Source: an uncultured delta proteobacterium (lineage in GTDB: Bacteria; Myxococcota_A; Polyangia; Polyangiales; Polyangiaceae). Taken from it: a DNA stretch of 64,000 nt. Position 1 is the stretch's first letter; every line of letters starts with the position of its first letter. This document shows, in pieces, positions 37,052 through 46,900 of this stretch. Location: contig CAWIGY010000075.1 in the NCBI GenBank assembly GCA_963835565.1, forward strand, positions 88 to 64,087, given 5' to 3'. A model generated the notes under the pieces. The model did no database searches and was not told the DNA's origin. It saw nothing but the letters and a program-made list of their open reading frames with translations. The position numbers were made by a program, and so were the translations under genes.

Positions 37052-38708
37052 TCATCGTTCGCGCTCCCTCTTGTAGTTTCGTCCCAACAAGATTGCTACA
37101 CCCAGCAGGCTAAATAGGCCAAGTAACCTCTGAGCCCTGCCGGTGCCAGCACGACAAGCGCAGGCACCGCCCTGCAAGCGCTCACCGGGTTGCAAATAAA
37201 TTTGACCCGCGTCGCTGGGCACCGTTCCAACAACGCAACGGCCGTCGGGGCCACACACGTATCCAGTGCCGCAGGCGGCATCATTGGCACAAACCGCGCA
37301 CTGACCTTGTACACAGACAAACCCATTGCACATGTTCGAATTGGTACAAGCTGCCCCAACGCCAGCGACACAACGGCCATCGGCGACGTCACATACGAAA
37401 CCGGTGCCACAGGCGGCATCAGTGACGCAAGCCGCGCACAGGTTTTGTACACAGATAAGCCCATTGCAAGTGTTCGAATTGACACAAGCTGCGCCAACGC
37501 CGGCGACACAGCGACCATCGGCGCCGCACACGAAACCAGGGGCACAGTCGGCATTATTGCCGCAAGCCACGCACGCTCCCTGCAAACACACAAGCCCGTA
37601 GCAAGTGCTGGCATTGGTACAAGGTATTATCCCGTTGCCTGCGATCAGACAGCGGCCATCGGGGCCACACACAAACCCGGGGCCGCAGGCGGCATCGTTG
37701 ACGCAAACCACGCACTGACCCTGTTGACAGATCAGCCCGTCACAGTTGCTCGAGTTGACGCAGGGGGTCCCGCCGATAAACACGCAGCGCCCAGTATCAC
37801 AGATGTAGCCCGCGGCGCAGTTGGCATTCACCGCGCAGGGCTGCGCTAAAATGCAATTTCCGTTATTGCAAACACCCCCGTTGGGGCACTCGGCGTTAGT
37901 CGTGCAACCAGCAGGAGGAACTACGATAACGGGCACATTGGTGTTAGGAGCTACGGTAGCTACACAGGGCTCCTCCGCGCCAACAACTAAGTCACCCGCA
38001 CCCAAGTTTACGGTTTGGTTAGTCGAGCGAACGAACAGGTTTGCTTGGCATGCTTGAGCTACACCAACCAGTGTGAGGTCCACCGAGGACTGCAAGTAGC
38101 CATGGACAAGTTCATTCACGCGTATCGGGTCCAAGTCAAAGTTGGTCTCGGTAAGCACTTGAGCAGGCTGAGTCGCAATAGTCGTATAGGTCCGAGTCCC
38201 ATTGTCGTATTGAAATATCGAACCCGTGGCAGTGTTGTTCGGCAGTTCGCTGAACCTTGATTACGTAATCATAACCACCGCTGGTAGTATCCGTGGTGAA
38301 ACTCGCGTCAAGTTCGGCGCCCGTGGCGCTTCCACCCGTTGCAGTGTTTCGATCAGCATCAATGAAGACGTAGGTACTTACAAGCCCCGGCTGCGCATTA
38401 GCAATCGAAAAGTAGACCCTCGAATAGAACCGCGCAGCATCAGTCGCGACGTACACGGTGCGAGCATCAATGGCTTGTTCGGGGAGCGTAAAGTTATTGA
38501 GGCCATCGCCGGCTACGTCTTCACTACCCCAGGGCCAATTAGTTTCGCCGGTCGCGTCAATCGTAAGTATCTCATTCAGTGCCGGGCCAGCCCGATTGCC
38601 GACCCAAGTCTGGGCTTGGGCGTTGGCGGGACTCAGCATCAGCGATAACGTAACGGGTCCCAATAACGCGAGACTTCGAAGATTGAGTAACGTTGACATG
38701 AGATACAT
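37052..38708 (-). pseudogene. secreted Cys-rich repeat protein with MYXO-CTERM-like sorting tail, one frameshift
   Basis: GGAGGG Shine-Dalgarno sequence, then signal peptide MYLMSTLLNLRSLALLGPVTLSLMLSPANAQA from 38708. Four ~42-aa repeats of C-x-NS-x-C-x-G-x-C-x5-C-x-C-x3-D/A-C-x-G-x-CG-x-DGRC. The tail is GGACACRAGTG...LLGVAILLGRNYKRERER. The frame switches at about 38160-38250. Confidence 0.7.
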
Positions 38709-39113
38709 GTGAATTCCCTCCGTCATTTCGCTCAGTAAGGGTACCAAATATTTCTTCAAATGGGCCAATATGCAGGGTAATTTGTGGCAGCATTTTACGC
38801 TGTGCTCGGTTTGTTCCAGCCCGGGCACATTCCAGGGCCTCGCGCTCTTACCTAAGCCTACCCGCGCAACCGCGATTTTATCGCGCGAAATGAAGCAATG
38901 GCGTTCGGTGATTGGCGAAGCAGAATGTGCCGTTTTTGGGGTTGGGGCCCCGAAAATCAAACCGATTAAAAAATCGCAACGAACGTGAGGGTTAGAGACG
39001 AACGACCCTTGGAGTACCGATTTAACCTCGCTAAGATGGGATTGCGCTAATCTTGTGAACAGGGAAGACTTTCTCGGCAGAAGATCCCAATAATTAGTCC
39101 GGTTAGTCATCCA

Positions 39114-40040
39114 ATGAAGTCCATTTACCTGCCCGAACTCAGACGAGACGTTAGTCGTATTGGCATTGGGAGTCTTAAATTCAATACTGAGTTTGCAGCA
39201 GAGACCGCAAGTCTCCTGGATGCCTATCAAACAGCGGGTGGCAACCTGATTGACACGGCTGAAATCTATGGTCGGGGTAAGTCAGAAGAAGCAATCGGCC
39301 AGTACTTGTGCAATCGCAGGTCCCGCTCGGATTGGATCATCCTTACTAAAGCCTGTGTTGAAGCCGACCTGGTGCGTCCTGACTACATTCGAAAGGCAGT
39401 TCCGAGAAGTCTCGATCGATTACAAACCGATTATATTGACTTGTTCGTCTTGCACCGGGATGACCCCTGCGTGCCCGTCGGTGAAATCGTTGATGTTCTC
39501 AATAAGCTGGTAAGTGAGCGTCTGATACGCGCGTTTGGTGGATCGAATTGGACGACAAACCGGCTAGATGCTGCCAAACGTTACGCTGAGCGCAATGCTT
39601 TGATCGGACCTTGTCTCTCAAGCCCTCATTTGGGACTTGCTACTCCCAACGAGCCCACTTGGCCAGGCTGTACCCACGCTTCTGCAGCTGACCTCGATTG
39701 GTACGCCGAGCAAGGCATGCCGGTATTCGGGTGGTCGGCGCAATGCCGTGGTTTCTTCTCGGCGGAATCGAGCCCATCTAACACATCGAACTCTGAAATT
39801 GTGCGCGTCTATCACTCCGCCAAAAACTTCGAAAAATTGGCTCGCGCCCGCGAATTGGCGAATCAGCGCGGGGTCGAGCCGGTCCAAATTGCATTGGCTT
39901 GGGTGCTCAATCAGCGGGCAACCACCGTGGCGCTGGTGGGACCTAATTCAGTAAAGGAGCTTCTGATTGCGGTTGGAGCGGTGGACATTCAGCTAAATTC
40001 AGATGAAATGGCTTGGCTTTACAGTGACGAGGGTTCATGA
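39114..40040 (+). CDS. aldo/keto reductase
   Basis: 308 aa. AKR-like motifs GNLIDTAEIYGRGKSEE and LFVLHRDDP. Confidence 0.85.
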   Translation: MKSIYLPELRRDVSRIGIGSLKFNTEFAAETASLLDAYQTAGGNLIDTAEIYGRGKSEEAIGQYLCNRRSRSDWIILTKACVEADLVRPDYIRKAVPRSLDRLQTDYIDLFVLHRDDPCVPVGEIVDVLNKLVSERLIRAFGGSNWTTNRLDAAKRYAERNALIGPCLSSPHLGLATPNEPTWPGCTHASAADLDWYAEQGMPVFGWSAQCRGFFSAESSPSNTSNSEIVRVYHSAKNFEKLARARELANQRGVEPVQIALAWVLNQRATTVALVGPNSVKELLIAVGAVDIQLNSDEMAWLYSDEGS

Positions 40041-41179
40041 GCTATACTGACCTTATGCATCGCATCATATCCAAGAATTCGATCGGCTGGGGACATCGAA
40101 CCGTACCAATAGCTCCGCTGTTAGTCAGCGCATTGCTTTGCGGTGAGAGCTGTTACCCCGGTGGCATTTTCGGACCAATGGGCGCTACTTGTCCGGGACT
40201 CAGTTCGCCTGATCCACTTAGTCTGCGCTACTCACAGAACGCGATCGCGGATGGGAAAATCAAGACCTTGCTTGCAGCATCCCACGACCTGATCTCATTG
40301 TCGGCGCAAATGGAAAATGAGGTCTTGGACGCATGTCGGCGCATGGCTTTTGACCTCGGTGTGAGCCCGGCCGAGATGACGCCCAGGAATTCTGATCAAG
40401 CTGGCGCGGCCGCGCAAGCCGCCTGCGCCGCGGTAAGCTACCACATCGACGCGATACTGAGGCAAGGGATTCAGGTCCAAGTTCAAGTTACGCCACCGAT
40501 GTGCCAAGCTAATCTACAAGCGAAAGCGCATTGTGACGGTGCTTGCGCGGCGACGGTAGATCCAGGTCGCATCGTTGCCACCTGCGAGCCGGGGCGATTG
40601 AGCGGATATTGTAATGGAACCTGCCATGGCCAATGTGACACTAACTGCCAAGGCCAATGCCAAGGGCAATGTACAGGCCAGTCAAATAACGGTCAATGTG
40701 TGGGCCGATGTCTGGGCACGTGCAATGGTAGTTGCGACGGTACTTGTCACGCATATTGCCAAGGCAATTGGCAAGCACCCCAATGTCAAGGCACGATTAC
40801 GCCTCCGAGCGCGGACGCTGAGTGTAATGCAAGTTGCAATGCGCAGGCCGAATTTCAGGCGTCTTGTACGCCAGCGCAGGTTCTGGTCCGGTCCGGACAG
40901 AATGCAGAGCTTGCCGCAAGACTTGTCCGGACCTTGCAGGCCAACTTGCCTGAATTGATTCACGCCGAAGTTGCGCTTGGCAAACGGCTGACCGGAAGTG
41001 CCCGGGTTATTGTTAGCGTGGGTTCGCAATTGCCCAATGTAATCGGAAACGCAGGGGCCGAGGCAATGGCCTGTGTCGCAGCTGCCAGCAGCGCTACTGC
41101 AACGGCGTCGATGCGAATTGACGTATCAATCCAAGCGAGTGCCAGCGTAACCGGGCGAGTTGGCGCTTCAAGTGGTTAA
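40037..41179 (+). CDS. Cys-rich secreted/lipoprotein of unknown function
   Basis: ATGA overlap with the AKR gene. Central block is CNGTCHGQCDTNCQGQCQGQCTGQSNNGQCVGRCLGTCNGSCDGTCHAYCQG. Confidence 0.55.
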   Translation: MSYTDLMHRIISKNSIGWGHRTVPIAPLLVSALLCGESCYPGGIFGPMGATCPGLSSPDPLSLRYSQNAIADGKIKTLLAASHDLISLSAQMENEVLDACRRMAFDLGVSPAEMTPRNSDQAGAAAQAACAAVSYHIDAILRQGIQVQVQVTPPMCQANLQAKAHCDGACAATVDPGRIVATCEPGRLSGYCNGTCHGQCDTNCQGQCQGQCTGQSNNGQCVGRCLGTCNGSCDGTCHAYCQGNWQAPQCQGTITPPSADAECNASCNAQAEFQASCTPAQVLVRSGQNAELAARLVRTLQANLPELIHAEVALGKRLTGSARVIVSVGSQLPNVIGNAGAEAMACVAAASSATATASMRIDVSIQASASVTGRVGASSG

Positions 41180-41193
41180 GTCCACGGCTTCAT

Positions 41194-42879
41194 CTAAGCG
41201 CTAGACTCGCTGATGAGTCCGAGCACTTCATAGGTCATGACTGGCTCAATTCGGCCTTTCACGCTAAGGGCTCTGATCGGTCGCGCCCGAATTGTGTCCT
41301 TAGTTTCTTGGTAGGTCGATTCACTGATTAGAACATTTACGCCCAGCTCTTTGGTACTACTTTCAAGTCTGGATGCTACGTTGACCGGGTCACCAATCAC
41401 CGTGTACTCCATCCGTTGCTCGCTGCCGATGTTCCCAGCGACAACCTCGCCGGTGTGAATTCCTATCCCGGTTCTCAGTGGTTGCGCTCCGCGGGCGACC
41501 AGTCTTTCATTAAGTTGCGCTAGCGCGCCGCGCATTTCGACTGCTGCATGCACGGCACGCGCAGCATCATTTTCACTAGGTACTGGAGCTCCGAAAATTG
41601 CCATAATTGCGTCACCGATGTACTTATCGACCACGCCTCCGTGCCGCATAACAATAGTGACCATTTCCGTGAAGTATTCATTGAGAAGCCCAACCAGAGC
41701 TTGTGCATCCATTGTTTCACTGATGCTCGTAAAGCTCCGAATATCACTGAACAGAACCGTAACCTTCAGTGTGTCACCCCCCAGCGCTATTTTGCCGCTC
41801 AAGAGATGCTGCAGTACTGATTCGGTCATGTACTTGCCAAATGTCGTGCGCAATTTGTCTCGCTCTTGTAGGCCATCGACCATTTGATTGAAACCCGTGG
41901 CTAGTAGCTCAATTTCATCGTTAGTCCGAAGCACTGGGACACGACTGTATTCATTGTTGGCCATTTTCTTGAATGCGCCGATCACCTGCTCTAGGCCCTT
42001 TGCCATGATTCCCGCGACTCGCGCTCCCATTGCTACCGCGGCCAGGGCAATTACCAACAGCATTCCCAGCATAGCGTACAGATGGCGACGGACACTGGCG
42101 GATGTTTTGGTGACTTCTACAGCCGCCACGACATGTAGCCGCTTAGCGGCGTCAACCGTCGCGATCTTTGGAAGAAACTGTTGCGTAGCCCAGGTACGCC
42201 CGTGTAGGTCAACGAGATTCGTGCCGGCCTTCGCGAGCAAGGCAAGCTCCGCTGGGAAGTGTTGGGTCGATGAAAGCAGCTGGTTAGCTTCATTAGCGAA
42301 AGCCAGCTCCATTTGCAGCTTGCTGGCCGCGTTTTCGAGGTAACCCGCGTCCAAAGGTTCGCAGGCGAGAACCCAGCCATCGGTCAAAATGGGCTCGAGA
42401 ACCGCCTGGGCTGGCGGAGCCCCGCGGTCCGGGCCTGCGCATCCACGTGTGAGGAACAGATAGCGTTCCGAAGTGGATTGAAGGCCGCTAAGATCAGTGA
42501 TTTCGGCCAGGTTATTGGGAATGTCAGTGGGTCCAACATCCCCAAGTACTCGACCGTCGCGCTTAGCCAGAATAATATCCAAGCGAGGGTAGAGTTTAGC
42601 GAACACGTTGGCCACCTCCAAGGCTTCGCGTGCTTCGTGGTCATGCAGAGCACGCGTGGTCGGCTCGGCGGAGGCAACTATGCGCGCAGCTAAATGCAGA
42701 TCCGCGAGATCATCGTCCATCTCCGCTACGAACGCACGCTCGGCGTCCTGTACTTGGTCATCCGCTGAATCCATCAGATCGGCATGTTGAACCGCCGACA
42801 AGATAGGTGTAACCAAGCCCGTCAGCACCATCGGTAGTCCAACTATGAGGGTCAATTTGGCGCGAATTGAGAAGGACAC
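41194..42879 (-). CDS. class III adenylate/guanylate cyclase with 2-TM sensor region and HAMP domain
   Basis: Cyclase core VTVLFSDIRSFTSISE ... DKYIGDAIMAIFGAP ... GIHTGEVVAGNIGS. A HAMP-like segment follows the second TM segment. Confidence 0.9.
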   Translation of the reverse strand: MSFSIRAKLTLIVGLPMVLTGLVTPILSAVQHADLMDSADDQVQDAERAFVAEMDDDLADLHLAARIVASAEPTTRALHDHEAREALEVANVFAKLYPRLDIILAKRDGRVLGDVGPTDIPNNLAEITDLSGLQSTSERYLFLTRGCAGPDRGAPPAQAVLEPILTDGWVLACEPLDAGYLENAASKLQMELAFANEANQLLSSTQHFPAELALLAKAGTNLVDLHGRTWATQQFLPKIATVDAAKRLHVVAAVEVTKTSASVRRHLYAMLGMLLVIALAAVAMGARVAGIMAKGLEQVIGAFKKMANNEYSRVPVLRTNDEIELLATGFNQMVDGLQERDKLRTTFGKYMTESVLQHLLSGKIALGGDTLKVTVLFSDIRSFTSISETMDAQALVGLLNEYFTEMVTIVMRHGGVVDKYIGDAIMAIFGAPVPSENDAARAVHAAVEMRGALAQLNERLVARGAQPLRTGIGIHTGEVVAGNIGSEQRMEYTVIGDPVNVASRLESSTKELGVNVLISESTYQETKDTIRARPIRALSVKGRIEPVMTYEVLGLISESSA

Positions 42880-42936
42880 TGGATATTTGCCTCGAGCCTA
42901 TCAGATCGGCCAGGGACGCCAAAACCTAACACTGCT

Positions 42937-42957
42937 GATGGGACTTCTCCCAGCCGG
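42937..42957 (+). repeat. solo copy of the left-end module of the repeat family
   Basis: GATGGGACTTCTCCCAGCCGG versus the consensus CTAACGGGAATCCTCCCAGCCGG. Lies about 55 nt upstream of the cyclase start. Confidence 0.6.
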
Positions 42958-43101
42958 AAAGCCATGGCAACCGGGCAATGCCGCCGGATGCTATGAATTC
43001 GAAAGAATTTGGGTCAGTTGCTAACAATCGCCCACTTTCGTGCTAGGCGAGGGCTCGCAAAAGTCGTGCCGTCTGATTGATCGACCCTAATCACGTCGCC
43101 A

Positions 43102-44268
43102 TTGTCCGTGGCTGACTTCTTTTTGCGGTTGGCCTTCTTCTCCTTGGCGCCCGTAGCAATCGTGTTTGCCGCGGAGCTATTCCCCGTGCGCGGGGCCATT
43201 ATCGATGTCGGACTAGCGCTCGGGCTGTTCATTGCCGGGGAGGCTGTGCAGCGATGGGCCTCACAAACGCGATTGGTCAAGGGATTCTTGCGTCAGGCCC
43301 TCGCCTTTGAAGCGTACTATCGAAGTCGCCCACCGCGTCCGTTCCTATTTTATCTCGCCTATCCACTGCTATTCCCGTATTGGATTCTCAACAAGGACGC
43401 GCGGCGAGAGTTCCTGCTATTTCGAGGGTACACATTAGGCGGCCTGCTCATACTGCTAGTTTCATTAGGCTGGCAATTCTACGACTCCTGGGCCCCTGAG
43501 CTCAGTATTCGCCAGTATACGCCCTATGTCCTGATTACGCTGGGCGTCGAGACGCTCCTCGCCTTAGCACTGCTGATGCCAATTGCGACCACAGTTGTTT
43601 GGTACCATAGCAGCCGGCGTCGGGGTCGCCTGGTTATTGTGCTTTTGGCAGGGCTCGCGTCAACGGGCATCGTATCTTACAAGGTGATGAGTCGAAGATC
43701 TCCCGTTGTTTCATTTGCCACGCGTGAAAGGGTCGCACTTCGTACGCAGGCCTCCAAACGCAAAGCCCACCAGTCCTTGCTAAATGCCGTTCGCGCTGCC
43801 AATAAGAACATGGCGAAAGCGCCCGCCATCGAGGGTGACGGCACGGTGATGGGAGAGCCGCTGGAAAAAGCCAGCGACACGCTGGAGCACTTTTATAAAC
43901 GCGACGAGGCTTGCGCGTTCAGTCTCTGGGCTAGTCCACGGCGCCATCCGAAGGTGCTCGTCATCTATTTTGAAGCGCGCCGCAAACAGCGCCCGATTTG
44001 GGTAGCGATCCGAGGTGACGGCACGGAAATTCGAACGCCGTCGCAATTGCCCAAAGGCGCATTCAATGCGATGCTGACCGCATCCGAAGCTGACGATGAT
44101 TTCCTGGAAATGTGGCCCGATGCGCTCGATTTGCCAGAATCCGACGACGCAACGCGCCACGGCAAAACAAGCCCTGCTCAGCCTGCCAAAGCAATCCCCG
44201 CTTCAAGTTCGCGAAAGTCCAAACCGCTACCGTCCGCCACTTCGCACACTCGCGCACGCCGCGATTAG
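43102..44268 (+). CDS. membrane protein of unknown function (about 6 TM segments plus a soluble C-terminal domain)
   Basis: 388-aa ORF with a hydrophobic N-terminal half and a basic/acidic C-terminal half. No motif recognised. Confidence 0.5.
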   Translation: MSVADFFLRLAFFSLAPVAIVFAAELFPVRGAIIDVGLALGLFIAGEAVQRWASQTRLVKGFLRQALAFEAYYRSRPPRPFLFYLAYPLLFPYWILNKDARREFLLFRGYTLGGLLILLVSLGWQFYDSWAPELSIRQYTPYVLITLGVETLLALALLMPIATTVVWYHSSRRRGRLVIVLLAGLASTGIVSYKVMSRRSPVVSFATRERVALRTQASKRKAHQSLLNAVRAANKNMAKAPAIEGDGTVMGEPLEKASDTLEHFYKRDEACAFSLWASPRRHPKVLVIYFEARRKQRPIWVAIRGDGTEIRTPSQLPKGAFNAMLTASEADDDFLEMWPDALDLPESDDATRHGKTSPAQPAKAIPASSSRKSKPLPSATSHTRARRD

Positions 44269-44465
44269 CGCGTTTATGTCGCTACTCATTGAGCCTGAAC
44301 CAATTTTTCAGTATGCTTTGTTGTCTGGGCCAGGACCCAGACAACCCACACAATCAAAACGTCGGAACGAACTTGCGGGTTAGCAGCGGAACGCTAACAT
44401 TCGGGTTGCCGACGTGTCAGTAGAGAATTGAGACGTGAACCGCACCGGCTGGGAGGACTTCCGCT
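44265..44465 (-). repeat. ~200-bp intergenic repeat element, copy 2 (full length, inverted orientation)
   Basis: The reverse complement carries the left module AGCGGAAGTCCTCCCAGCCGG. It also carries the core TAACCCGCAAGTTCGTTCCGACGTTTTGATTGTGTGGG. Hairpin at 44320-44345. The terminal CGCTAA overlaps the TAG stop of the 43102-44268 gene. Confidence 0.85.
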
Positions 44466-46192
44466 ATTCCCTATCCAAGCAATGAATCGCCGCGCTCAGC
44501 ACTTCACGAAGTTGTTCGTAGTGCAGCGGGTTGTAAGCACCCCAAGCGAAGGCGGCGATTCCGATGGGAATTTGATCGAATTCGAGAGGGGAGATTACCA
44601 TCGTTTCTTCTTGCTCCAGCATCGGGTCGAGTCCCAGATCCTTTCCAAGCAAAAAATCGGTAGGATTCGAGCCAAATCCCGAGGGAATGTCGGGCTAAAA
44701 CCTCGAGCGTTGCATCCTGGTCGCTGCCTTCGCTAAACCGCGAGATTGAGTAGGCCTTGATGCCCATTTGAGGCAGATGCTCCTGCAAGGTACTCGCCAA
44801 ATTGGCCACTTTGCCCTTGCCGGAAAGTGCCAGACAGGCCTTGATAATGAGTCGTAATCGACGGTTGAGCAGGCGTTGATGGTCCTTGTCGAAATCCGCT
44901 CCCAGGCGAGCCAACGTCATGCGCGCCGCTTGGAACAAATCTTCCACGCGCGGACGGCTCCCGGGCTCCACCGTGGTGCAGGTGACCGCTTGCTGGCGCA
45001 AGATCGTAATGACATCGTGACAAGTATTAATATCGCCACCGGTAGCCATGTGCCGCCGTGCCAAATTTTCAACCTCAGTCATGAAAGCTGCCGCATCGCT
45101 GGTCGCTAGATCGCGCACCAGTGAATCCAATAGCCGTGACTCCCAGCCGGTCATGCCAACGATGCGTCCCGCAGCAGCCCGCGACATTTCCGCGGTAATC
45201 GTCGATCGTCTTTCGATGAGAGCTAAGCGACAAGAGCGTGCGAGTGCCACTGACGCAGGTGCCAAGTCAACCGTATCGTTATGGAAGTGAACTGCACAAC
45301 CGCAGGAAACGCGAATGACAGGTTCAGACTCGATGCTAAGCGTTTTCGGTTTTGGACCTCCTTCGAGGAAGCTAATTAGAATTTGCGCGGCAGTAAATGT
45401 CTGGTGGTCCACTCGCTGATTGACGGTGGTTAATGGCGGATTAGCCGTGCGCGCACTCGCGGCGTCATCGAAGCCGACCACCGCGATTGAACTTGGAACA
45501 GCTATGCCGCGGCGTGAAAGTTCTACCAGAGCTCCCAAGGCTACGTCATCGTTGGCACCGACGACGGCATTGAGCGTGGCCGGAGTAAAATGGCGCCCGT
45601 CCAACAATTCTGCAACCGACAGGGCTCCGTCTTCACGACCGAGGCCACCTGCATCCAGAGCTAACCCGCCTGCCACAATCAATCGCTCGTCGGGTATCAG
45701 ACCGTGATCGCGCAGAGCACGCGTGTACGCGTTTCGCCGCGCTAAGATCTCGGGGCTGTCCGTGGTTCCACCCACGAAGGCAATTCTATGGCGCTGATGC
45801 TTTTCGATCAAATGGCTCACGACTCCGTACATGCCCACTTCGTTATCCACGAAAACGCTCGGAATCTCGGGAACATCGAGGCCTGCCGTTACGATTGGAA
45901 CGTGCCGGAAGCGCTCGATCCATTGGATGAAGCGTCGTAGGCCACAGGCATTGCTCAGACTGCCGGCCATGATGACAATTCCGTCTAGGCGTGCCGCCGC
46001 CAGCAAATCGTAAATGAAGTTACGTGAGACTGGCTCTGCATCGGAATTGCCCAGCCAGCCACCGGTAATTATGAGCGCTTTGACTCGCGCAGAATGCGCA
46101 GCGCGCACGACGCCGCGCACTACGTCTACGTGATAGTCAGACTCAATGTGATCGATGAGAACGGCGATTCTTAACTGCCGGGATTCAGGCAT
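44464..46192 (-). pseudogene. periplasmic-binding-protein type 1 (LacI-type sugar-binding fold) domain protein with unknown C-terminal domain, C-terminus frameshifted
   Basis: PBP1-like LRIAVLIDHIESDYH ... AFVGGT ... VVGFDD. It has no N-terminal HTH. The last ~60 aa are read in ORF 44464-44652, with a switch at about 44650-44700. Confidence 0.55.
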
Positions 46193-46284
46193 AGTTGTAG
46201 CGGCTCACACTCACGAGAATCGAATAGCAAAGGTTCACGCAGACTTATCGGCCGGAAAGGTAGGAACTTAATAGCTTCCCATTA

Positions 46285-46417
46285 CTAACGGGAATCCTTC
46301 CAGCCGGTAAAGTCCTGTTTGCCGTTCCTAATTGAATTGCCGGCACGCGGTGCGCGTGGTTTCGTTGGTGACTCGCTCGTCCGTTCCGACGTTTTGATTG
46401 TGTTGGTCGTCTGGGCC
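46285..46417 (+). repeat. repeat element, copy 3 (truncated: left module, different core, right core, half hairpin)
   Basis: CTAACGGGAATCCTTCCAGCCGG ... GTTCCGACGTTTTGATTGTGTTGGTCGTCTGGGCC. The second hairpin arm is absent. Confidence 0.8.
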
Positions 46418-46900
46418 ATCGAGGCGTTCGCTCGGGGTCTACATGTGATTCTCAATGCACCCTGGGATATCATCGACTATGCCGAACAGGCTCGGGGCGC
46501 GGGCGCTGGCGCGGAGGCTGTGTCGTATGTTGCAATCGGATCGCCAGAACAAGCCGGAACATGGTTCGGTGTGGGCGAAGATCGGAATCTATCCCTTGCA
46601 CAAGTGATCCGTGCGAGTACGAATGCTGGCCGCATGCCGGACCTGGACAATGCTCACTCTACCCCTACGCCGGATGGCGTTCAAAAGCGAGTGGTGGAGC
46701 TCTGCGAAAGGTTAGAATTGTCACTTTCGTCTGAGGATGCGCGCTGCCGGGTGAAGTGCAATACAGAGTTGAAGCAACTTCGACGGCTCTGGCAAGAGCA
46801 TCCCTCGCTTTTTTCGACGGATACTATTCGGGCACTCAAGAACTTTGCCCAGCGACTAAAAAACACGCAATCGGTCACGCTGAGGACCGATGGGTACGAT

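Noticed and set aside
38709-39230. 5' half of the 364-aa ORF 38136-39230
   Set aside because: A strong Shine-Dalgarno sequence and signal peptide begin at 38708. The upstream part is compositionally non-coding and lies in the divergent intergenic region with the AKR gene.
46319-46900. 190-aa N-terminal extension of the RecQ ORF
   Set aside because: It overlaps repeat copy 3. It has no helicase-related motifs. RecQ proteins normally start about 15-20 aa before the FGYxxFRxxQ motif. The start is left uncertain rather than annotated.
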